A stretch of DNA of 64,000 nucleotides, from the NCBI GenBank assembly GCA_001179505.1, contig CDMY01000263.1, positions 79,829 to 143,828 on the forward strand, written 5' to 3'. The notes under the pieces were generated by a model. That model was not told where the DNA came from, did no database searches, and saw only the letters and a list, made by a program, of their open reading frames with translations. Made by a program: the position numbers and the translations under genes. This document shows positions 1 through 9,654 of this stretch, one piece after another. Each line of letters starts with the position of its first letter. Position 1 is the stretch's first letter. The DNA is from Vitrella brassicaformis CCMP3155. Its lineage: Eukaryota > Protista > Chromerida.

Positions 1-3000
1 GGCTCTGTTGAGCAACAAGCCCCGGGCTGTCTCTGTGGACGCCGTGGTCGACACCAAAGTCTACACACTCGACGCAGAAGCATTCGGTCACACAGCAAAG
101 CAACCTGAACAGTCATCGGACTCTGTGTATGTATGTTTGCTCGACGTGTTTCCCGATTGATCTTTGTTTTGCAGAGCGCTTGTTGGGCCCTCTGAGCGAC
201 GTTCTTCGCCGCAATATGGATTTGTATGCCAAGTGGATGGCCAAAGTCAAGAAAGAGGACGAGGGCGACGAACAGAGCCCGTCGTCACGGGACGTCGATA
301 CGACTCTCTCTGAAGTATGTGTGTATTTAGCGTCAGTGAATCGTCATTGAATTTGTATCGTGATTCACAGGCGACTCGTTCGCGTCACGATGACGAGGAT
401 CAAGAGCAGGAGGAGACCGACGAGTCGCCCGCCTCACGCACCGCATCACCCGAAGCGCAGAGCATTTACACCAGAAACAGAAGAGGTCACCACCAGATTC
501 GCCTGGAAACAAAGTGTGATGTGTTGTTCTATGTATTGCCTCACCAGCGAATGTGATGGGTGAGAGTCTGGAGGACGACGCCGACTTCGTGCCGCCGGTG
601 ATTCCCAAGACTGCCGAGGACGAGCAAGTCATCTTCTCGGCTGTCGGCAAGAACGTGCTCTTCAGCCACCTGGCCAAGGAAGAGACGCGTGTCATTGTCG
701 ACGCCATGGAGGCCAAACACTTGGAGCAAGGGGAACTCATCATCAAACAAGGTATATACATATATACGTGTATATAGGGCTCAGACAGACAGACAGACAG
801 GCCAATGGTGGCCTGATGCGATGCGACACACCCAATGGACTGGACGGACACATTCATTCCTTTGTCGGTCCGCGCATGGCATGGCGGCCGGCCAGGGATG
901 GCCTGCGAGATACGCCTAGAGACAGAGAGAAAGAGATAGGCCAGCTGTGCTTGCCCCGCCTTCACATGTTTTTGGGGGCTCACTGAGCTCACCCGCGCTG
1001 CCAATGTGTTGGTGCAGGTGACGACGGCAACCACTGGTACATATTGGAGGATGGTGTGTGCGAGTGTTTCGTGCGCATCCCGGGCAAGGAGGCCGAGTAC
1101 GAGAGCGAGGACGGCAAGTTGGTCTTCACCTACAACCCCGGCATGGCCTTTGGCGAGCTGGCTTTGATGTACAACGCCCCCCGTGCGGCCACCATCCAGG
1201 CCAAGACACCCGCCAAGGTCTGGGCCCTCGACCGCAAGACATTCAAGAAGGTGCTGCAGCAGACGTCGCAGGCGACGCGCGACGTGCAGATGGACTTCAT
1301 CAACCGCTTTGAGATGTTCGACGAGCTGTCCAAGTTCGAGAAGCTGCGGCTCCTGGAGGCACTCGAGGCCAGGTATGTCGAGGCCGGACAGCGAATCATC
1401 CAGCAGGGCGACACCGGACACGAGTTCTTCATGATCGAATCGGTCAGCCAAGCCAGGGAGTGGGCTGGGTGCACTGCACCCCTTGACTTAGGGAGTCGGG
1501 TCGTGTGTACGTACCTACCTACCTACATGTGCATTGATTGCATGTACGCATACGAATACGCATATACGTGTGTGTCTCATGTGTATGTACGCAACGCATG
1601 TGTGTACATACATATACATCCGTGTGCCTGTGCGTGTGCAGGGCGAGTGCAAGTGTGTGGTGACCAACGAGCACGGCGAGGAGTCCGAATGTTTCAGACG
1701 ACTACAGGAAAGTGGCACACATTCATTGGTCGATCAGTGAATGAATGCTTCGTATGTGTGCCTCCCTGTGTCTTTTGGTAGGGTGGGGATTTCTTTGGCG
1801 AGTTGGCGCTTCTGCGCAAGAAGCCTCGTGCCGTGTCTGTGGATGCCGTGACGGACGTCAAGGTATACGTGTTGGAAGAGGAGGCCTTCGAGAGACTCCT
1901 CGGGCCCCTCGAGGAAATACTTAGGCACGTACACATGCATACACGCGTGCAGGCATGCTTACCGATGGCGTGGCGGGACCGCCCCGGCACTGCACTGCCT
2001 GCCGTGTGCATTTGGTGTGTGTGTGTGTGTGTGTGTGCAGACGCAACATGGACAACTATGCCGTCTACATGAGGAAACTCGGCCTGCAAATCGAAGACGC
2101 GGGCGAACAACAGGTAGGCACGAGTTGTGCTGGCTGGGTCAAACACGCCAGCCCAGCAACAAGGGAACGTATTTTAAGAAACGTTTGTCGGAAGGATCCA
2201 ACACGCCTTTCTATGTGTCGGCGTGGGTGCAGGCAAAGGAAGATGAGGCGCAGCAATACTCGGTGAGTGAGTGAGCAACGAAGGGTAGAGCCCGCTGAGG
2301 GGGCCCTGGCTGGTCGTGAAGCGGTCCGTGTAGCATCAAGCACTTCGTGCTTTTGCATGAACCCTGAGATATTCGGCACCTTCAGAGATTCGCCACTCCA
2401 TTCTTTCCCCTCTGTGCTGGCTGCGGGGATCTGCTTTTATTGGTTGATTCGTGCAGGCTGTGTCCATGGCGGATGAAGGTGGTGAGGGCCAGGATGGCGA
2501 TGCTGCTGATCTCAAGAGCGAATATGACGAGTCGGCACCGCCATCACCGACCGCAGCATCGGGGTAAACCAGACACGCACTTACAGCGCCCACAAAGGGA
2601 TGCCATGATTGTTCTTGCTGCCCTTTGCATATCAGGCCGCCTCCTGCCGCAGTGCGATCGAGGAGAGGTAAGACATGGACTCATATTTGAGACTGACCCT
2701 GATCGATGGAGGCAAAACCCGCACAATAAAGACAGATGAATGCACACGGGTGCATCGTACGTCCCCAGCGCTCTGTCTGTTCATTGCTGTGCAATGTGAT
2801 GACATTGCCCTCTCTGGCCTGTGGTTTATTCACCAGCGAATGTGATGGGTGAGAGTCTGGAGGACGACGCCGACTTCGTGCCGCCGGTGATTCCCAAGAC
2901 TGCCGAGGACGAGCAAGTCATCTTCTCGGCTGTCGGCAAGAACGTGCTCTTCAGCCACCTGGCCAAGGAAGAGACGCGTGTCATTGTCGACGCCATGGAG

Positions 3001-4035
3001 GCCAAACACTTGGAGCAAGGGGAACTCATCATCAAACAAGGTATATGCATATATACGTGTATATAGGGCTCAGACAGACAGACAGACAGACAGACAGGCC
3101 AATGGTGGCCTGATGCGATGCGACACACCCANNNNNNNNNNNNNNNNNNNNNNNNNNNNNNNNNNNNNNNNNNNNNNNNNNNNNNNNNNNNNNNNNNNNN
3201 NNNNNNNNNNNNNNNNNNNNNNNNNNNNNNNNNNNNNNNNNNNNNNNNNNNNNNNNNNNNNNNNNNNNNNNNNNNNNNNNNNNNNNNNNNNNNNNNNNNN
3301 NNNNNNNNNNNNNNNNNNNNNNNNNNNNNNNNNNNNNNNNNNNNNNNNNNNNNNNNNNNNNNNNNNNNNNNNNNNNNNNNNNNNNNNNNNNNNNNNNNNN
3401 NNNNNNNNNNNNNNNNNNNNNNNNNNNNNNNATGTGTGTCTCCCTGTGTCTTTTGGTAGGGTGGGGATTTCTTTGGCGAGTTGGCGCTTCTGCGCAAGAA
3501 GCCTCGTGCCGTGTCTGTGGATGCCGTGACGGACGTCAAGGTATACGTGTTGGAAGAGGAGGCCTTCGAGAGACTCCTCGGGCCCCTCGAGGAAATACTC
3601 AGGCACGTACACATGCATACACGCGTGCAGGCATGCTTACCGATGGCGTGGCGGGACCGCCCCGGCACTGCACTGCCTGCCGTGTGCATTTGGTGTGTGT
3701 GTGTGTGTGTGTGTGTGTGCAGACGCAACATGGACAACTATGCCGTCTACATGAAGAAACTCGGACTGCAAATCGAAGACGCGGGCGAACAACAGGTAGG
3801 CACGAGTTGTGCTGGCTGGGTCAAACACGCCAGCCCAGCAACAAGGGAATGTGACAAGTGAGGACTGCACGACTTCGTCTGGCTGTATTTATCTCGCAGC
3901 AAGCAGAATGAGCGCAGCGCCACTCGGTCTCTGGAGCAGTCTTTAACACACCAAACTTTGTTCTCTATATATGGTGGGTGTGTGTTTCGGTTCCATCAGG
4001 TTGCATCCATTGAGTCCGAGGCACCAGAATCGTAA
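1..4035 (+). CDS. Multi-module cAMP-dependent protein kinase regulatory-subunit-like protein (at least 3 tandem R modules); 5' end lies outside the window, 3' end uncertain (3861 or ~4035)
   Basis: Spliced exons 1-86, 175-315, 371-485, 548-751, 1018-1442, 1642-1707, 1782-1924, 2041-2113, 2233-2262, 2457-2563, 2636-2667, 2837-3040, [gap], 3460-3602, 3723-3795 form one frame. CNB phosphate-binding cassettes are [16 protein letters not shown] and [16 protein letters not shown]. An RRANVMGES motif precedes modules 2 and 3. Confidence 0.85.
541..2167 (+). repeat. Copy 1 of a ~1.6 kb near-identical intragenic duplication (PKA-R module 2)
   Basis: Matches 2830-3131 and 3432-3849 apart from a few SNPs and microsatellite copy number; flanks are unique. 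Confidence 0.9.
2830..3849 (+). repeat. Copy 2 of the intragenic duplication (PKA-R module 3), interrupted by an N gap
   Basis: Direct alignment by eye with 541-2167. Confidence 0.9.
3132..3431. other. Assembly gap (300 N); nominal size is smaller than the ~920 bp homologous segment (832-1751)
   Basis: N run; both flanks align to module 2. Confidence 0.95.
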
Positions 4036-4535
4036 AGTGGATTGGCTTTTTCCGCTTCCATGTTAGCTGCGCTGCACTGCGGTGAATGTGCCACCCAATA
4101 AATGATCGGGTAAATGGCGGGGGAACTATGGGCTGCAGTATCTTTGAAAGGCTGAGGGATTCCAGTTCACCATGTCGCTCGCACGAAGTCAAGGCAGCCA
4201 GCCTTCCATGCAGTCAGTCAGAAGCAGACCTCTACTGCCCCTCCCCCCGCGCCCCTCGCCCGTCCCGCCTTTGATAGGCCACAGACAGACCCCATCAATT
4301 CAATTAAAACGACCATCCATCCATCCATAAATTCACTCATTCAGGTACACGGACACGGACACACAGAAAGGCGGACAGATGGACTCATTCACACGGCACA
4401 GACCCCCATGGCACAAAAGTCACACGCCTCGCCTCACACGCGCGTCGGGTCCGTCCACTCAGCCAAGCCAGATGTGCACATAGACACGTCGATGACGTCA
4501 GTCACGGAATTGATAGTCCTGCACGGGCCAAATGA

Positions 4536-7500
4536 CTAGTCCGCCTCCTGCAGTGCAGTGCACCCACCCACACGTTCACTCTCAGTCATTCCCTGCAGTG
4601 AGTGTGTGCGCTTGCTGGTGGTAGCTCCCTCACCTCGATTTCGTCGACCTTGCCGACGGCGATTGTCTTAGCTACAAGGCACCACACACAGACCGACGGA
4701 CAGCAGATGAGATGTGCTGGCGGTGTGCATCGAAACCACGAGTGCTTTTCATTGATTCATTTCTTACCTCCATCCCGCAGTGTGAATCTTCCGAGCTGAG
4801 GTCGGATCGCGTAGGGCTCCAAACACATAGGAGACACAAGCTGCCCCGCCCCACACAACAAGCAATAACACGCAAACGCATCCATCCATCTGCCTGGCCA
4901 GCTGTCTCGGTGTTGGTGCAGGTGTGTGTGTGTGTGGGGGGGGGGAGGGTAGCCACCCACCTGCATTCTGCATTTGACCATGCAGCTGCTCTTGATGAAC
5001 TGCGGGTTGGTCTTCTTCTTCTTGGTGGCGCGATCCGTCGACTCTGGTCAACATGACCCCAATCACGTGCCCGTCCATCCCGCCCACCCAGTGTGTATGT
5101 CCTTCTTTGCGGTCATTCCCTCCCCATCCCTCACCGAGCAGCTGTAGAATCTGGACCTCCTCACAGGCCGTGTGGGCATGGAATACTGAAGATTGATCGA
5201 TGCGATGTACACACAGACAATGGTTTTCCTCACTGCTGCGCTGCGGAGTTCCAGCACTCCCCGTGTGAGTGTGTACCACAAGAGTATCCTGCGGTGATTA
5301 TGGGTGGGTGCTCCGGCAGCTCCACAATATTCACCTGCAGAGGAGGGGATAAGTCGGGAAGGACCAAGCCAAGCAACCAATGGTAAGTAAGAGGAAGCTA
5401 GCCCTGTCTGTCTGTCTGTACCTACCGTGGCTTTGAATGTGGATATGACAGGGCAGGGGTGCTTGGCGGTACACAGCACGTAGCCCTTGCAGATCTGGTC
5501 CTCCTCAACACCTGACACCTTCAGCTGCGCACACACGCACACACACACAAGATGGCGATGGACAAGGGTGGAGAGGTGCTTCGGCTGGCTGGCCGGCTGG
5601 CTGGGTGGTGGGTGGTCCGTCCTACCGCCACGTTTTCTCCAGGTCTGGCGATGTCTACCTCGTCTTCATCGACAAACACACTCAAAATCTTGACTCGGTT
5701 CTTGTTGGGCATCAGCAAACACTGAACAAACAAAGATATTAGGCCCTCCCGTGATTCCTGATCAGTCGGACTGTCTGTACTTACGTGTGCATTGGCCTTG
5801 ACGACTCCTGCTTCGACCTTGCCCATGGCCATGACGCCCTGGTCCTTGTAGCCCGACAGCAGTGGGATCCTCAGGGGGTCATCCACACGACGGTCGGGCG
5901 GGACCAAACCATCAAACAACTCCCACAACGTCGGCTGTAGTGACCACCAGCCAGGCCAGCAACAGATACGCCAGTTAGTCCATGTAAGCATACCGTGGAC
6001 GTGTTTATGTGTGTACGTTGGCCTAGATTGACTGACATGATTGACGTACGTACCTTGTCCCTTCCGTACCAGCTGCCTTTCGCATGGTAGCTCTTCGGGT
6101 TTGAGGCGTCACTGACGTGATGCTGCAGCATAGATAACATCGATCGATCGATGCCCACCCCACCCCACCCAAGGCAGGCCAGGCCAGGCCCCCTCCATGC
6201 CATGCCATGCATGTGTGTTGTGATGTTGTGTGCTGTCTGTCTTGTGCTGTGCCGACCTTGAGGTTGGATCCGGTGAGTCCCGATATGGGGATGAAGAAGA
6301 TGTCCTTGGCGGGGTTGAAGAACTGACGCAAGTACGGAGTCAGCTTCTTCTCGATGTCAGTGTACCTGCGCAATGCGGGCGAGCCACAGCCCATCCTTAT
6401 GTCTCAAGCAGGCAACCGATTTCTGTTGTGTGCCTACCTGTTCTCATCCCAATCGCACGTTGGGTCGTCCATCTTGTTGATGGCCACAATCAACTGGGTC
6501 ACACCTGCCCGTCACACACACACAGACAGACAGACAGACAGCAGAAGACGGGAGGGAGGGAAGAGTCAGACACGTCCGTCCATCCGTGTGCACATTCGTC
6601 GCTGCTCAGAGTACACTCACTCCCTCCTGCAAATGTGTGTGCGTACCTAGTGTCTTGGCCAGCATGGCGTGCTCCCGCGTCTGTCCGCCGCGCTCGAAGC
6701 CCGTCTCAAACTCGCCCCTGCGCGCTGACCCACACGCGGCAAGACAGAGAGATCGCTTCAGACACCGAGGGGGCGTGTGTATGTCTGTGTTTGTCTAGGT
6801 ACAGGCGGGGCGGGCAGCGCTCACCGGAGATGATGAGCACTCCGACGTCAGCTTGTGCGGCGCCAGCAATCATATTCGGAACAAAGCTCTTGTGACCGGG
6901 AGCGTCCTGACGCCACACACACAAGCTCGTTCACACATACATACCACGTCATGTCGTGTATGTCCTTGTTCCTTCCTGTGGTGAATGAGAGTGATTCACT
7001 CGCTGACCAGTATGGTGAATCTTCGGTTGTCTGTTTCGAACTTGGCCCTGCCGACCTCCACAGTCTTCCCCTGCACACATTCGACAATACAATGCATACC
7101 CACCTGCCCGCCTGACCATTTTCCCGCCCGTTGACTGACTGACTGACTGACGTACGGCGCACCTTGGCCCTTTCCTCCTCGTTGATGTCCATGATAAAGG
7201 CGAGGAACCAACTCTCGCGGTTCTTGTCTGCACACACCACACCACACCACACCACACATGCCCTCATTCCGTCCACCAATGACTGACTCATTGATTGCTT
7301 GGTGGGTGGGTGATCGATCGCCTGGCCCGGTGTCCTACCTACCTTTGGCCTCCTTCTCGTACTTTTCGATGGTACGCTGGTCCACCTGGCCCGACAGATA
7401 CCTACACACATACACACGGGGGAACAGAGACACACAGACAGACAGACATTTATTGATTGATGCTGATTGTTGACTATGAGTGAGTTTGATGCTGATTGTT

Positions 7501-9050
7501 TGCTATGAGTGAGTATGGGTGCTTGCCTTGCTTACAAGATGTTGCCGCATGTTGTGGACTTGCCAGCGTCTGATGGGCGTCGTGCAGCCAGGCAGCCACA
7601 TCGACACGTATGAGATACATACTAGTAAAGCCGACTGGGTGTACGTTTAGGTGAGTGAGTGAATCCTCGCTTGCTTACCGACGTGTCCGATGAATACGAT
7701 GTTGAGGTGAGGCCTGTCATCTGCCTGTCGGATCTTCTTGCCCTCAGCGGTCGATGCCTCGCCGCCCTCGTCCTCATCGTTTTCCTCGTCGGCCTCGTCA
7801 TCCTCACCCTCCTGATCCACACCCTCATCCCTGGCGACTGGTCCATCGCCCACTGGTGCACTACCGTCGGTCGACCCACACACCGCCGCACCTGGTGGTT
7901 GGTGCACCCCCACCCCATCGATCCCCGCCGCAGATGACGGGTCGGCCTCAGTGGTGGCCTCGGCAGCAGACTCCTCAGCCGCACCACCCACCTTAGACCC
8001 CGACGATAGGGGAGCGGGGGGTTGCTCGACGGGGGCTGGCGGCTGTGGGGTGGCATTGGCATTGGCATCTGCCTCGTCCTCCTCCCATGACTCACTGACG
8101 TCTGCGGGGTGTGCGTGTGTGGATGGGGTATGCTGGGCAGCCGACGGGGGGACGGACGAGGGCGGAGGGGGAGGGGGGGCGCCTGGGGGGGTCGGGTAAG
8201 ACCCCGATGCGACCCTCTCACCGCCAACATGACCGTTGCGGGGTCCACCATACATACCGTACCCTATTTATATATTGACACAAATCAACCAATGGTACGA
8301 CAAGCCAAGCAACAAACAAACAGTGCACTCAACCAGCCAGCCCATAGGCAGGCAGGCAGGCAGGCCGGCCACATGCAAGACAAGCATGGTCTGACTGACT
8401 GACTGACTGATGGACAGACAGGTGTGTGTCTGGCCTGCATGAATGACCTACCGCCAGGAGGTTGGTTGTGGACCTGCTGCTGCGACGGGAGGCCCATCTA
8501 CACACAGCAGTAAGTAAGGACATACGTTCGTGTGCAGCACAGGCAGGCAGGCAGGCAGGCAGGCAGAACCAAGATTTGTGTGTGTGCGTATGATGTGTGA
8601 CGGCACCGCCCGTCTGCGATTCGATTTGTATGCACCCCAGGTGCGTGCGTGCGTCCATCCGTACCTGCTGTTGCTGCTGCATCATGTTGATGTTGTAGTG
8701 GTGGTTGTGCTGTCCCCCCGGTGCGGGCGGGGGAGGGGGAGGCATCGGCCGCCCATAACCCTGCTGGCTGTAACCCTGCTGCTGACCACCAGGGGCGGCA
8801 AAACCACCTGTTTGTGTCACACAACCAGCCATGAGTCACACCGCAAATGGAATGAGCCGAGGTGCCAGAATGATCGGACGATTGAGTGGCAGCCGCCACG
8901 GCCAACGGTGCTGCCTGCCTGCCCTGCCTGCCTCGTCTATCTGTCTGCCTGTGCGACATGCGACGAACTCAAGACTGACGTAGCAAGTGTGCCTGCCTGC
9001 CTACCGGGTGTGAATGATGCCGCATTGGGATTGAAGTTGAAGTTGGACAT
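4536..9050 (-). CDS. eRF3: Eukaryotic peptide chain release factor 3 (eRF3/Sup35/GSPT), multi-exon
   Basis: N-terminus [15 protein letters not shown] (PAM2-like), then a Q/G/Y-rich and an acidic region. G-domain motifs [84 protein letters not shown] and INKMDD. EF-Tu-like domains II/III follow. The last exon is tentative. Confidence 0.95.
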
Positions 9051-9654
9051 CGTGGTTGTGATGTCCGCCCTCGCGATTCAATAGGGACAGGCAGATAGAT
9101 AACCAGCCTCTCTCTCTGCAGTCTCTGAACGACACCGCACAACCACGAATCGCCAGACATATATATACTATAATTCAGTGTGGAGGTACCTCTGCGTCCC
9201 CTCGCGTCGGGGATCCACGCCGTTTTCGGCTGGCAGCTTCAAAAGCTCGCCTTCCAAGCTTAGCTCGCAGTCTGTTTCCTTCCCTTCCTTGGGATAGTTT
9301 TTCGTTGGCAGAGGGCTTGTCTGGTCGAGAGCACGCAGTTGATCAGATCAACGCGCATCGTGTCGTTACTGTTGGTGGAATGCACATCCCGCAATTGATA
9401 TGGTGTTGATCTTGGAGCCCTGAACGGCTTCCAACAGGTCAGAATCTCTCACAACTCGACACACGTGACACGCATCACCAGCCAGAGGCGTGCTTGGATG
9501 CGGGCGGGCAGTCGGTTGGGCTGCTGGTCCGTGCCATGGCTCGTGTGAAGTGTGTGTTGTGTTGTTGGTTTTTCATTCAGGTCAGTCAGGTGTTTGTTGT
9601 TTTGCTTGCTTCCATTGTAGCTAGCGTCAGCCAGTCAGTCATCGGTCGGCAGGT

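Noticed and set aside
333-1451. 372-aa minus-strand ORF, and similar long antisense ORFs (19421-20437 +, 8530-9084 +, 35340-36068 -)
   Set aside because: Shadow frames of GC-rich exons and microsatellite introns, with no recognisable motifs.
2826-3737. ORFs containing poly-X (also 13711-14339)
   Set aside because: Artefacts of translating through N gaps.
2830-3849. Module 3 as a pure assembly duplicate
   Set aside because: Both copies have unique flanks, and unique linker exons join them in frame with a second RRAN motif. An artefact is less likely but not excluded without long reads.
1-4035. Reading the multi-CNB gene as PKG, EPAC or an ion channel
   Set aside because: No kinase, GEF or transmembrane segment follows; repeated RRANV motifs and PRA-type cassettes fit PKA-R.
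7458-7516. ~29-bp imperfect tandem repeat in an eRF3 intron
   Set aside because: Two copies only, mid-intron, with no effect on splice sites; ordinary slippage and not CRISPR-like.
9330-9360. GTTGATC-A-GATCAAC palindrome and GATC/GCTAGC/TGCATGCA motifs in promoters
   Set aside because: These short cores also occur often in introns, so no enrichment can be claimed by eye.
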